Part shown: piece by piece, positions 13,601 to 28,100 of the stretch | Position numbering within the stretch: position 1 is the stretch's first letter | How the letters are laid out: the number at the start of each line of letters is the position of its first letter | DNA from: Ophelia neglecta | Lineage: Eukaryota | Direction of reading: 5' to 3' | Length of the DNA stretch: 64,000 bases | Assembly: GCA_965285935.1 (NCBI GenBank) | Contig: OZ260662.1 | Coordinates: 98,394,001 to 98,458,000, forward strand | Made by a program: the position numbers and the translations under genes | Notes under the pieces: model-generated | What the model saw: only the letters and a program-made list of their open reading frames with translations | Database searches by the model: none | What the model was told of the DNA's origin: nothing

Positions 13601-16600
13601 TTTATTTGTAGATGACTTAACAGTGCTCTGCGGCTAATTCGGGCAAGCCACACGGAGAGGTGGGTGAAAAGGAACACATCTTCCATACGTCTATAGTGAG
13701 ATGCGTAGCATCTTGTTAGCCTGTTTCTTTTTCTGACTTTCTAGTTCCAAATATTAATATTTATATTTGGGCTGTATTCGAAAGCTTCATACTACACAGA
13801 TGGTATACAATATTGTAATCATGACTGGCGGTTTAATATAACAAACAATCGAGACTTTAGAGTATGGAATGGTGCAAGCAAGAAAACCTAAACTAAAATG
13901 GAGTCCGATTACAGACTGACAGGGAAAGGGTCTGCGAGATGGAAATTTATCGATCGGCTTTGCAATGTAGCCACATGAAATAAACTGATCTCTTTGTCTG
14001 AATTTGATAATAGTTATTTCAAATGAGAGTTAACTGTTACTTGCTCATGCGGAGGACGCAATCAAGAAATGCATTAAGGTATAAACGCATTTTTTAATTA
14101 AGGTGCATTTTACATATTGTTCATTTTTAATATTATCGAATATTTATTTATAATTAATGCCACTGCTCGAACAATATAACTTACTACGAACGGTTGAAAT
14201 ACATTTAAATAGTGTACTGAATTGTAATTCGAATTTATCACCTTTATCTACCTAGATATATCTTGCTTATTCGTTGCGCCATCTCCTGCTGGCTCAGGCA
14301 GTATTGCATGCCTTATATATGCGCCATTTTAATACCATCTGTGATATTTTTCCTAATTTCCCATTAGGACCTATCGGCGACGCACTAACTTCTGGCAAGG
14401 TTATTTGAATGTCTAAAAAAAATCCTGGGTTAGCATTGCTCTTTTCTGGTAACACTCCCTCATTTGAACAGTATTCATTCACAGCAGTCACCTAGTGGGA
14501 AGGTCATTTGAAAGACGAGGAACGCAGCCATTGCTGCAGACCTATTACAGCAATCAAAATGAGGTGCCTGGTAACAAGCGAAAACCGGAAGACAAATCAG
14601 TCTTCAACACATCTTACGTAAATGGTATACCTTTTTTTTCAAAAAAAGGATCATTATTGCACATTAAAAAAGATTAGATTAATGTATTTCACGAAGGTGT
14701 ACATTCACAACATTATTGTAGATGTCCATCCCTGCACAATCAGACAATTGTATATAAATACAGCATTCTGTATTGTCCAAGGCAAGAACACTTACAGTCT
14801 ACAATGAATAAAAGGCTTTCTGGTGCTTAACAAACTGGATTTAATGCTACGTAACTTTTTTGTTGTTGCCAATTCATGATGTTTTAGTCAATGCGCTCTA
14901 CATCAGAGTGCTTCAATATGTCTTGATTTGTCCTGCTGTCTATAGACCGTACATCTCCATTGTAATGTGGAAACTGAATGAAAAAGAAGATTCAGAACTA
15001 TGAGCATCATGTGATCACAGTGATTGTGCAGGAAATAGTATTACATATCATTATAAACATCCAGTGAAACAATGCCTTCTCTTACATTGTAATGCCATAA
15101 AATGCCCTCCAGTGCACCAAATCTATGAAAGTACCATGATCAGAACGTAAAATTTAAGGAAAGAGTTTATTTTAATATTATTGATGTTTAACAAAGTTGT
15201 GGAAGTAAAAATGTTCTTCCTTCGTTTTATACCAAATTGCACAGACCAGGCCCCATTTAGTTGGTCGAGGCGAGACTGTACCAGGAGCATTCAACAAGAA
15301 ACATTATTGGAAAAGAATGGGGCATATCACTTGATTGGAAAAAAATGTGCCCGTCGGTGTTTTGCTGAGGGGGGATACAATAAAGCCGGGTCAATGACAG
15401 AACGGTACAGAGAACCAGGATGCTTTGTCATCCTAGCGTGTGGGACAAATAGGAGAACACCGGTTTTTTTCCAAAGGAATCTGAGCTTTGTATTCATATG
15501 GGAAAAAATAATGCTACAATGGCATGGAACTCATATTGACGTAAAAAGATCATTTCATTCACGGATGGCCACCAGCGGTAACGTCATATGCCTTGATGAA
15601 AGTCGATGAAGTTTCAAGCCTAGAAAATCAACATATTGACGGGAGAAGCATTGGTTAAAAAAAACGGGAGCGGATACGTGGTAGACAAGAAATAGTGTTG
15701 GTACCAAATGATTCCAGTTCTAAACAGCGTGTCTACACTTCAGAGAGTATGACAAAATTGTAGTTTATTGTTTTATGCTGCTTACGTAAACCTAATATAT
15801 CATAATTGCCAACAAAAACAAAAGTATCAGTAACAGATGTATTTCTAAAGAGCTTAATACCTATATATCCTAGCTGTAGGCATCAGTTGATATCTCAATG
15901 TTTACGTAATTCAGTTGGCTTTATGATTGTTTAACATTAATGAATAGGGCTCTTTACAATTATGGCATAAATACTATATTGAAGGAAGCTACGTGACGTT
16001 TGAGAAATCGATCTCATCAATAATTTGTTCATGGTGAAATCCTAATAGTTGTATCCTTGCCTATATCGACTGTACTTCAAAGCAATCTCTCTGTCCGTTT
16101 TATTCCAAGAGCCGTGTAAGCTAATTTCTATAGATGCTGGTGCTGAAATCCACATCTCACCGCTAGCTGCCAGACACTCCATGTGTTTTTCTCATGTAAA
16201 ATTAGTGCTGTCTACCGAGGCCTACGAAGTCTTATTAATCATCCTCGACGACGTGCCTCTATTGGCATTTTATGGTCCCCCATCAGCGCTGAAGCTATGG
16301 AGAAGACACCACCGCAGCCTGCCAGATGAGCCTCAAATGAGAGTACTCGGCTGTCGAAGAGGAGTTAAAGTCGGAATCTATGAGTTCCAAAAAATAGGAC
16401 TTAGGTGAATTACTAAAGGAGGAATACAGTGAAGCACAATTTTTGCTTATGAATATTGAGGAATTTGCCATGTAGGACTATTCAGATCATGCGGCATGCT
16501 TTTAATTGTTATAATCAATAGGTCAAATTTGTGATTTTGAGGGTATACATACTATCCTAAAGATGTTTAAGTGAATTTGATACATTATTTATTTAATCTT

Positions 16601-17362
16601 ATTCCACATTCAGTCGATTCATCTTATTTAGTTTCAAAGGACTGCAACACCCATAACACAATATGCAGAAACCCATAGCAGCATTGAATAATACAGTAAA
16701 ACATTAAAAAGCATCAGTACATAATGTTTGTTCATCCGTTTTAGTTGGCTAGATATAGTTGGTTATTCAAATGGCTTGAATACATTTTTCTCAGTACAGT
16801 GGTTCTTCATTCCAAAATTTTGTAAGTCATGGGATCTGCGAGAATTTAGAGAATAATTCCTATTCTACAAATTTGTGTGCCTGAGATTTCCATGTTGTTA
16901 TCTACTATTAGAAGGGGGTCATTTTATTCCTAATATAAGCCAAATAGCTGCCAAAATATCAAGTTAGCCAAATATTCCTGATTATCCGATATAATTTTGC
17001 AGGGATTATATTATTCCATATAGGACCTAGGAGACTCACAAAATCCATGCAGCTTCATACAATCATAGATCATGCTTTGATTCCTCTGAGTGGTACATTT
17101 CTTACAAGTAGGTAATGAAATCACGAACGGCCTGATGATGAAACCAATGGAATGTAAGATGGCAGCACTATTTAAACATCAACTTAAATATTCTCTAGTA
17201 TCACACCTTGAGCTTATGTTACGCATAGGCCATGCTCATTCCTCGAGCACATCGCATAAGTGTTTTGTTAGTTTGTCACAATACTTTCTGAAGGAAGTAT
17301 TAATATGTATTTCGAAATGCAGCCACAAGGATAGCTCATTTCAATGGACCATATAGTCGGTG

Positions 17363-17480
17363 GATATCTATATCTATAGCTATATCTATATCTATATCTA
17401 AATCTATATGATATATCTATATCTTTATCTATATCTATATCTATATGATATATATATATCTATACCTATATCTATATATA
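17363..17480. repeat. (ATATCT)n degenerate hexamer microsatellite
   Basis: Tandem atatct units with occasional variants, read directly. Confidence 0.9.
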
Positions 17481-18423
17481 CTGTATACACGGAATATCCA
17501 CAAACACCAATAAAGTTGGCACGAAGCAACATTAGGCTATGAGCAGGCATCGATGGAGTACCAGAGGCTTCCATTGCCGCGAAGCTAGAGCGTGATCAAT
17601 CCCTAGGGATGTAGCTATTTTGGGTCTGGTTCTGACACTAGAAAGGCAGCTGTAAAAAGCAACATATATGCGTTACAAATAGCGTTCCTTTTATGTATCG
17701 CGTATAAACATACTCTCGTTTAATGTCATCAAAAGGTATCATAGCTTCAGTTATGATATTTGTAATTGTTACCTGCAAGCTCCCTAAAATGAATAAATTT
17801 GGTGAGGCGTTCAAATCTATCATTTTTTTTCAAGCGAAATGCTTTATATTCATCTCAAATATACAACAGGTGTAAGATATTTGTCCAAGGAAACCTCTTA
17901 CTAATGATACTCTGTTACAAATACAACCGGTGCCATTATATGAAGCTGATAACTGCTGTCCATGCTCAAGCTACAGTCTCACCGGCAACATTTGGATATA
18001 GATCGACTTACACATGCGTATGCTGCGAGGCACTGGCATGTGCTTTGAATATTGATTAGGTACATTATATAAGGCGTACCTGTTTGATCTTACATCTATA
18101 AGTCTTTATTTAAAGCTGGCAATAAATATGATTCCACGAAATTCTCAGCAAATAAAACTTATCCTAGCCTATTTGCTTATTGTGTCTGGCGAAATTGCCA
18201 GACATCTAAGTATTTCGGCCCATATAACAATGTCGCTACATCTCACGCCGCCGGTAACTGTCTGGAACTGAGGCAGCGAGTCGATAAGTAGACATAGGTT
18301 TTCAATAAACACCCGAATGGTAGGAAAAGGCAATGTTTTATTTACTCGTACATGTGCATTGATAATTCACCGAATTGTTCAGTCTACTCAGTAAACTTTA
18401 GGAGCAGATTATAATTCAATATA

Positions 18424-18556
18424 CAGTCAAACCTGTGTTAGCGGCCACCTGCGTAACAAGGCCACCTGTCTATTAAGGTCATAGTATCCTAGACTTTTCA
18501 CCATTTAAGACCATGGTATCACCTCTCTAATCTGGCCACCTTCTTCATAAGGACAC
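18424..18556. mobile_element. Truncated, diverged relative of the pogo-like MITE at 3556 (one end only)
   Basis: Starts TA|CAGTCAAACCTG and carries GGCCACCT repeats and cacctctctaatctggcca, collinear with the reverse complement of the 3556-3732 element. No second TIR; a (TA)n tract follows. Confidence 0.6.
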
Positions 18557-18564
18557 TCTTAGCC

Positions 18565-18588
18565 ATATATATATATATATATATATAT
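18565..18588. repeat. (AT)n microsatellite
   Basis: Direct reading. Confidence 0.9.
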
Positions 18589-21500
18589 TATCTAAAAAGG
18601 GGCTTAGGATTGTATCACTGATTCTGTATTTATGTCTTGGGTTATGATGATGGAAACATGTCGTACGCTGACCAGTATACTTCATTTTGGCTGGCTTATA
18701 AATACTTCTTACCAGAAGGGTTATCATATATTACTTAATACTCCTCCTCTCTTACAGTTTTGCATTAATCGTACAACTGATCAATTAAAGTTGACGTTAA
18801 CTGAAGAAAGTGGGACGACCAGTCCTTGCAGCGATATTTCATTCCATTGATTTTTAAAAGAAGTAAATGATAAATGGCTGGACATCCTTATACGTCATTT
18901 CCTGAGTGAGCTGTAGCCCGAAACGTAACGTATACAGGTAGCACGTTTGAGCGCCCGCAGTAAACATAGAGATACATGTACCTGAGGGTTTGAAATAACC
19001 AGTAATTATGTAAACACTGTCCTATTTATGTAGGTGTGTGTGTGATTCACATTTTTGAAGTTTCACTCGGACTGTTTGCACTGTTTTTGGTGCGTCATCA
19101 GTATTCAGTGTGTATATGTGCGCGTGCTCATTATCATGATGGATGAACAAAGGAACTGTTTATATGACCTTATAAGGTCCCCACAACTATTAGAATAAGT
19201 TCCTTAGAGTCCTGGCATGAAATTAGTTAATTGGTCATTAGATATACAGCTACAAAAGCTCAAACTATGAATTTTGCATCAAGACGTTTATTCATGAAAA
19301 GTATAGCGTAAATTTTATCAACCATGCCAAAGAACATTATTATCAGTGCTTAAGGGTGGTTTCTATTTCCATTGATATGAATGATTCATAATCATATTTG
19401 ATTATTTCATATTCCTGCTTATGATCAAACTGACTACAAATTTTCGATGATTAATGTTTTATTTGATTTGAAACATTTTACTCAATTCTTTTATACAATA
19501 ATGCACAATATATATGATAGAGATTTTTCTGGCGCACATACAGCATCAAAACCAATTGGTACTTTGAAGGGTGTAATTGGTGTCAGTGAGCCGGACAGAC
19601 AAATGTAAAATTGAATCTGATCACACCCCTAAATGGCGTGAACCAATGTAGATTGCCCTATAAAATAGATATAGGTTATGATAGAACAACACCATTTATC
19701 GAGATCTACTCAGCACAGAGCCGTTCTCAATAATAAACGTTGGACTAGTTACGCTGTGCAGTGCACATCGGTTTTGTGGTTTCATTGGTTTTGATACCTT
19801 AATTTCTTCGGCATGTTATTTCTCAAAAGTGATAGGAAATTTTGTGCACAAGAATTGCCATAGTACACTTATCTAGCGCAGTTGAGACGAATTGAGTGAG
19901 AAAAAAACACACCTGGTTAAGAAGATACCACAGTCAAATCATTTTATTTTTTCTATATGAATATCTTTACAAACTGGCAGTTAAGATGACGCTCAGACTG
20001 GTCAATCATTTTGCTTTTTACAAAATGCAATTATTCTATGCAATGAGAGACATTTCAGATTCAGATTAATTTTATTTTTCTATTCAAGACCGCCTATTTC
20101 TCTGTTATATGAATCAGCATGGAAGCCTTACACCGACGAGCGGCATGCAGCATGTTTCCTGTGCAATTAAAATAGACAGGTGAACTGCAAAATATCTAAG
20201 TTACTGCAGCAGACTCTCAAAGAAGCATATCTTTTTTATTGGCAATGAGCGACTGAACTATTCTCAGAGGGCAAGGAGTGTAAGATAAACATACTTATCA
20301 AACCTTGCTTTTGTTAGTAAACATAATGTAGGCACTGTTGTCTATTCGGACGAAGGTTTCTCATCAGCGTGCATGCATTCCTGCTCAGAGTTTGTGGATA
20401 ATTTAGGTCTGCGCCTGAATGGCTTTTATTATGTTAACAAAACATTGCCGTCAACACCTTGGAAAAGGAATGGTACTTAAATTGAATGATGTTGCTTGGC
20501 AACAAGGTGCCAAGCTGGAGGATTCAAATTATAGAGTTCATTTAGGCGAGCAATGCTCACACAAGGCCATTACTTCTCAAAGGAATATTGCACCATTTAG
20601 CCATGCTTAGAAATCTGTTAATTCACACAAATATTGTAGTTTTTCCTTTTAATGTTATAGCCAATAACCTTATACTTGAGGCATGGTAACACTTTAACAT
20701 GTTAAAATTGTGCATCACAATTAGACTAACTGTTTTAAATTCCATTAAACAGACCTTTAACTTTCTCATGTATTGTTAGCAGTGAACGGTGCCGACTCGT
20801 ACCTGGTAAACGAGTCAGGTGTACTGTTAGGCATTCATAACTAATGCTACGGCCAACACATACCAAAGGGAACACGTTACCCATAACGTAAATTGCCATA
20901 CCAAATACGTGTGTAGCGTTACTATCGTGAACAGAGATATGTTGCTTCAATTTCATACAACAACACAATGACCACATATTTGTAAACTCAAAATGACATG
21001 CAGCTAGTGAAAAAAAGGCTGATTGACATGCACACAACAGTATGTGATGCTGCACAAAGAAGACGGTTTGATGAACCATACAGGTGTGTAGGTGTGTGGA
21101 TTTAAAAGTAAAGGTTATAAGCTTCTTTTTATGTCGCCCAAGAACCAAGCTCTAGCGTGTGGTTGAAAAATTGTTCATCTGTTGTTGGATGACTTCAATT
21201 AGCGGCGTATGACGCCATTCACAAACAAATGGGAAACCTCCCCCGCACTCTGACACAAAACAGCAATTATATAGTGTGTTATTTTCATCGGAAATAATGC
21301 CAAAAAACCATCACTTCCTTGCCAGCCCGGCAAGATATGTCTAGCATCTAAACAACTCGCACCTTGTCCTGAAATGCACTGCCTGTGCCTGCTGTCTTTT
21401 GACTACCCGACTGATTGTAAATCTGAAGGTTGTTTGGTTCTCACTTCCATCTCGGGATGCTCCTATGTGTGAGCCTGTGTCTTTGGCAAACCCAGCGTGG

Positions 21501-24357
21501 AGACCTTCTGACCTCTCGCTGATCAACAGTCTCGTGCATCTAAACGTCCTTTTGTGCAGGAGAATGGTCACATTATTAGAGTTGAAGACGTGGGCACGAT
21601 GCATTTTAATGCCACCTTCAATGTTTCTAAAAGGATCCTGACTGTCTTTACAATATCATATTCGCTTGCGAAAAAGGTGATTGAAACTATGAGAAGTGAG
21701 CAACATAAGTCAAGCTAACGCCGTTTACCACCTCTAAATTTTACCGAAAGAGTAGAACTTTGTTGGTTCCATCCCTTACCTAACAGTGTTGCTATGTAAA
21801 AACAAACATGCCCCGTGCCACTTGTGTAGTAATTGGAAAGGCGTTCCTTTCGTTTTGTTTTACAGTTAATAGTTTGAAAGGCGCCATTCATGTTTGTGCG
21901 GAAAAAAAAGGTTTAACAGAAGAAAAACACACATGGGTTGCGCAGCGAAACTTCATACAATCCTGAGACTGATATTCTAGCAAAATTAGTGTCACTGTCT
22001 TAAAGCTGAGTGTTTTCAACATGTTCAAAGTAGGTGGGTAAGATAGAACGATTTTAGTTCGACACCAATCAGGTCATCGACGTTTTGATTTATACTCTTT
22101 TACTGCAAACGTTGTGTTCGTGTAAGGTTTTATAAAGCAATACTACCGCCTAAAGCTATCTATATAGATCACCTTTTTTTGGCACGGTTGTTCCCCCACA
22201 GTGATAATATCATTAAGATAATCCGGGAATGAGTTCATTGTAACTCGATTCTCATAACGTATAATGGTACTTGAACCTTGTATTAAAGCGACCTTGATGA
22301 GTTGATACTTGAATGATCGTGTACATATGTGTTTGTCAATAAAATCTTAAGATACATTTATAGTGATTGATATATATGTTGTCTTAAAGCTATTATTAAG
22401 CAATAAATTTGAACTATTTCCGCCACCCATTCCACACTTTCGTGATTAGCTCTTCAACTTCCAATTGTCCTTCATAAATTATAGTTCCCCAGTTCAAGCC
22501 ATGTCACCAACATGCACTGAGCTTTGTAGTCATATGAACATACTGTAACATTGCACATGAAACTTATGCAGGGGTCTCAAAACATTGACGTGCCACATAC
22601 TTCAATTTTTACACAGTTTGGACAAACGTCAAATTAAATAAGTGCGAATGGTTTGTAAATAAGCGGGAGGGTGGATTTTCTCTTCCAACCTTTGTATAAA
22701 ACTTGGGTATTTAATTAAATGATGCACTACAACGACTGGAAATACGGGCTTCAAAAGGCATTAGTATGCATATCCACCATAACACAAAGGGGTAAGGTTT
22801 ACAAGGTTGTGCAATCTGTTGACTTATCGCCCGGATTATTATAAGGCTTAAAAGGGTAAATCATTGGCTTAGATACATAGTCAGGAGAACTGTTATAGAA
22901 AAGGACATTGGGCAGAGTTCCAGATCACTACAGCAATTGTATTAACAATAATAAAGATAATGGTAACACCTAGTAATTAGTCAGAGTGCCTGACTATTAT
23001 GTACTTGAGTATCTTAGTTATGCTGACATTTTTGCACCCATTTCTTGCTGTCAATGGGCTTAACATGCACAATCTGTTCAGACATATTGGCAGAAGAGAA
23101 TGTGTCGTTTTAGAGATTTATATCTAACTAATTATTAGGGGTTAGAGTTATCTTAAATATTGCCGCATAACAATATTCCCTCTCCACCTTTGTCAAGTAA
23201 TGGTAGTTTCCATCATATTCAACCCTCGACAAGGAGACATTATTTAGTACAGAGTACGTTTGTAAAAAAACATGTCATATGCATTACACCATGTTATTTA
23301 TTGTGTTCTATAACAGAGCTACCTTGCCTTTTGAAGTCAAAGTTAATGAAGTCCTGTCTGGGTTTGAGCCAAGCCAACAATATATTAACTTGTTTTTAGT
23401 TTAAAGGTGCAATGAACTTTTTGACTTATTAAGCGGCTTGTCATTCCGCAAATGACAAAACTACTAACATAAACGAGTCGGCATGATATTGTCTAATATT
23501 TCCCCTACACCAATATGCTCCAGCTTTCTTCAGCTCTTGGTCCTGGCGTAAAAATGACATTTCTGCGTTCTGCCCAGGATCGATATCACCGCTAGGCCTA
23601 GTTAAAAGACTGTCTGGGAAGGAGATTTAACTTTGGCCAGAGTAATTTAGGTATGCGATGAAAGAAACGTGTAACCTGTTACTCAATAAACCCGTTTAAC
23701 CGGAGTTAATCTTAACAACTAACCGTGCTATAGCAACCATGGTCCTCTGATGTATTAAATACCTGACAGAGATTAACACAGCCCCGAAAATATAAAAAAA
23801 AACGATCAAAAACGTATTACTTATTATATATCGTAATGTCAAAACATGTACTGCTATTACTGAATAGATGTAGCAAATAAATTGTACTGATATATGCATC
23901 TCAGGTAGCAGTTGACCATAAAATCGCTTCTTTTGATATAAGACAGCACTGTGGGGGTGTGGAGGTTGGGGAAATATTTTGGTAATGATCATCATTAGGC
24001 ATAACATTGTATATCTATTACTTGCGCCTCTTCCTTTTCCTAGTGAGACACTGAATGACATGCCCCGTTTTCCCCATAGGCCAGCAATTCATGCATCAGC
24101 TAGTTCTGTGTGGTAACAAATAGTCGAAGTATTTCCTATGCGTTGTCCTCCAAAATGGTCGTACAGAGAAGGCAGTGTACTCTCGCCGTATTAATGCAAT
24201 GACTTGACATAGAAGTATGTCCTGGTCACGGTTACTGAGTGTAGAACTGTCAACATTCTAGCATTTAAAATTACTACAATATACAAGCTATGTTAAGATT
24301 CCTCAATAGCATAGCGCTTGCTTACATGCGTCGTATACACAGTAGCTGTATAGCGCA

Positions 24358-24415
24358 TCACGTGACAGAATGCACCAATGGTGGAGAGCGGCTGGCCCGG
24401 CGCTGGCTTATAAAA
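24358..24415 (+). promoter_or_regulatory. Core promoter of the IF gene: E-box, CCAAT box, TATA box
   Basis: TCACGTGAC 24358-24366, CCAAT 24375-24379 and TATAAAA 24409-24415 in a GC-rich patch ~150-210 bp upstream of the ATG (CACCATG at 24568). TSS expected near 24440. Confidence 0.75.
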
Positions 24416-24567
24416 GGCGGCGGCTGACGGCTCGATCGGTGTCTCCAGGTTTCTGCCAGCAAGTAAAGTTTAGAGTGTCCGCGATCGCCCAGACCAAGTC
24501 GGATTTCGCCACCAGTCCTAGTGGAGTTTAGGTTTTCGTTCGAGTTTAGAGTAAAGGTGAATTCACC

Positions 24568-25139
24568 ATGAGCCAAAGCGTGAGAGTCACCAAGGAGCGG
24601 TTGGTCGAGGGTCCCGCCTCCAGCGTGAAGACCACCACCTACACCACCTCATCTTCATCCTATGAGCATGAAGTGCCCCAATACCGGGCTCAGATCACCC
24701 CCCGTACCACCATCATCCAGAGGACCGCTTACGGCGGCGGTGGCGGCGGCAGCAGCAGCAGGGAGATGTCCATGAGGAAATCCATGGGATACGCCAACAT
24801 GGGGGTACCATCTGGAGCCTACGCCCAAGTCACCTCAACCGGGGTTTCCAGCGTCAAGCAGTCCAGAGATCAAGAGAAAAAAGACATGCAGGACCTAAAC
24901 GAGAGGTTCGCCAGCTACATCGAGAAGGTTCGCTTCTTGGAGGCCCAGAACCGTAGGCTGGCTGATGAGCTGAACAAGCTGAAGGACAAATGGGGCAAGG
25001 AGACCACTGCCATCAAGGCCATGTACACGGCCGAGTTAGACGAGGCCCGTCGTCTGCTCGACGAGGCCGAGAAGGAGAAGGCCCGTCTGGAGATCAGGTG
25101 TGCCAGTCTCGAGGAACAAATCGAGGAGCTCAGGCGCAA
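24568..25139 (+). CDS. IF exon 1: Ser/Thr/Gly-rich head, coil 1A, start of coil 1B
   Basis: [10 protein letters not shown]...[23 protein letters not shown]...EELRRK; donor AA|GTAAGT at 25140, phase 2. Confidence 0.97.
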
Positions 25140-28100
25140 GTAAGTACCTAAAAACTATAGTCAAAATCAGCATAAAATAGTACCATCATTAACATAATAT
25201 AAGAAAGTGCTCTGCAAGAGCCCCGGATGTAAGGTACCTTTTCGGGAACATTACCGTATATGGTAAAGTGACCCCGCCCCCTTTGCTCTGCAGTCATGGC
25301 TACAGTTTAAATGGCCAATTTGACATTGCGCACTCTTAACAAGTAATCTGTTCCCTACAGCTCCATTTTGAAGAACAGCCTCTTTGAATGTCCTCTTACG
25401 TTTATTGTATAAGATGAGATATTTGTTCTTTGGCATGGACCCATGCTCGTTAGGCCAGCTAATAATGTCTAGCCTGTTTAGATTTGCAGGACATAAGAGC
25501 CACAGAGATCTAAACGAATGTGATGCGAGGCTCAGCATATTTATGTTCTCTTGCCCGCTAAGCATATTTAGACGCACCACAAGTTCCCCTCACGCAATGT
25601 TTATCATAATTCAGTGCCTTCTTATTTGCATTCGTTGCTTGCCTTTGAGAAAAACACATCGAACTATACATAGGTGCAGGGCCAACTCTTACTCTTGTTG
25701 GTGTGCCGACACTCTACCTGTTTGTGTTACAAGTATGCAGGCAAACTTGTTGTTTTTCTCACGGTGCATCTGTTCGCACTAATCATTGTGAACGCTAATA
25801 ATTATATTTCTACGGGCCAACATTCTGACATACTGATCGCCATCGGCGAAAATGGTTACCGAGAACTAAATTGGACTGGTCTAGACTGGCGTTCTGTGCT
25901 GTGTCGATTAAATATGGCCGATCATGACTGTATGAAATCACGATCAGTTCAATGCTGACCCCTTGTCAAACATAGGGGCTCGCAATCGCTGTTATTCAGC
26001 TCTATAGTCATACCCACACGGCCACAGGTATTACATATTTATACTTTTATATTAGCCTCTAGCCACCCATATCTTGTAGCCCCTCGAGTTGATAATGAAA
26101 TATGGTACTCTGCATTTTTTATGTTAATGCGCTCAAAGAAATGGGACTAGCTCCTTGTTCAACAGGTGTCTTTTAGTGATGTTTGTTTGATTTCAACTTT
26201 GCCGGAAGGCAAGCGACTTATTCTTAACTGAGACGGCGGAGGTTATGTGTCATGTTTTGCAGGCGGCTCGCTTTTTTTCTTTGGTATGTACATATGTGAC
26301 ATGGAAAAAAATCCTCGCCTTGTTTGCGACAACGGTGCCGGCCGGCGTCTCGGCCCCGACCTGTTTATGGATCAGATGCTGTGCCCCGCCCACTTTTTGG
26401 CCGAGACATTACCTGCGGTCGGGCGTTCTGCTCCGGCCAGGTAGCAACTATAGAGCAGTCGCCTTTTCGCTACTGCTCCCTATGTGTGTGGCTGTCATAC
26501 AACAGACACGGTCAGATAAATACTGCATATTATGGCCCATTAAATATCACTACTGTATTCAATATTGCCAATCATAAAAGTGGTCTTTATATATTATTTA
26601 CTCATGTTTATTCTTGCTGAATTGCAATCAAAAGCTAGCCAGTCAAGCGAGCATATAAACAATTCAGTAGCTGCGGTTTTTTAGCCGGCGCTGATGTACC
26701 TGGGACTTTCAAGCGTGATGTCTCATATATCATTCATTTTTTTCTCCCGGTCCCATGACCTAATAATAAAACTTGCATATACCACTAGTGGATGTCTCCC
26801 GGTGATGGTGGTACAGTTTTCATACATTGCATACGAAGTCGGCCATTAAACAACCGCTATCTTGGCTGTCTAAAACTTGACTTGTAGCACATTACTCCAG
26901 TAATGTGTAGGTCCTATCATCTGGGTCTGTCGGCAGATAAGCCAGATTATAACTGACTAACCAAAATCTATATATCTATTTCTAAGCCCAAAGGTAACAG
27001 TAAAAAACCCTTAGACATGTAAAATACAGGCAGCCTATCTGATACTCCGTGATTATACAACTTATCAGCCACTACAAGCAGCTAGCCGCCATTTGTCAAG
27101 ACTGGCCAACATGATATTTATGAGCTGAATGTATGACAATTTTATCGCATGTGGCCCACCTTGTGACTTGAATGGTTTGGATTCCGCCGGGTAACTTAAC
27201 CGGTTCAGACGTGTCGCATGCCGCCATGTTTGCCTAGCCTGTTTGTGTGTTAGTTTGGCAAGCTCCCGGCAGGAAAGCTAGTCGAATTTCGACCTACCTG
27301 GAGTGCCGAACACTATACAACAAAACTAATCACCAAACTCGAGCTGCTATAATACATGGCTGGGGTGATCCCTTATTTAAACCAAAATCGTCAATTTAAT
27401 ATCAATGGTAACTACGGTTTGTTGGCACGTTGCTTAATTCCCCGCAATACAACCCATACAGGTAACTCAAACTGAAAAGGGAATGGATATATTAAAAACC
27501 AATTATGACAGTATATCCCTAATAAATGAATTTAATGGCCAGTATAGAATGTTGAAATAGTGCATGTTCCCATGAACGTTGGCGCACGGTGGTTCACGGT
27601 AAACTTTGACCTCTATGAATGTTTTCAATAGGCTCATATGAATTAAAAACAAATTACTTTATAATGGCCTGCCTTTAGCTACGAGCTGCCATTGATCGAC
27701 TGTATGTATGTGGGTAAAGGTATGCACGCACACGCCTTCTGGGCCACTGAATTCCGCTGATAAATGGCCCTTGTGTTTATTCATACTTTGAAATTTATTT
27801 CAATAATTCAGGACAGTGCCTGCCACATACTCGAACTTTGTTCGGGTGGAGTATTCAAATATATTGTAATGGAGCTGTTTGTACACTCCAATCAACCCAA
27901 ACCGACCACTTATAAGGTAGGAATGTCGGACCTATGAGAGTATGCCACTCAAAATGAAGGAGCAAGATGCTCCCGTACTCACGGATGACCCTGGGTTAAT
28001 CATATGCAACTTGTGTGAACTTGATTTTTTTCTGGTGAATTGAAAACGCATACTATGTCTATAAAGATGATAAATCTAAGTGGATATTTCATATTGTTTT

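Noticed and set aside
18890-18935. Hammerhead-ribozyme-like string (ctgagtga...cgaaacgtaacgta)
   Set aside because: The core has an extra base relative to CUGANGA, helix II is imperfect and no helix I can form.
1-24350. Short ORFs in the upstream region (e.g. 15181-15609, 16049-16408, 20735-21148, 21341-21641)
   Set aside because: No recognisable domains, non-coding-like composition and no consistent exon chain. Treated as chance ORFs; non-coding exons cannot be excluded.
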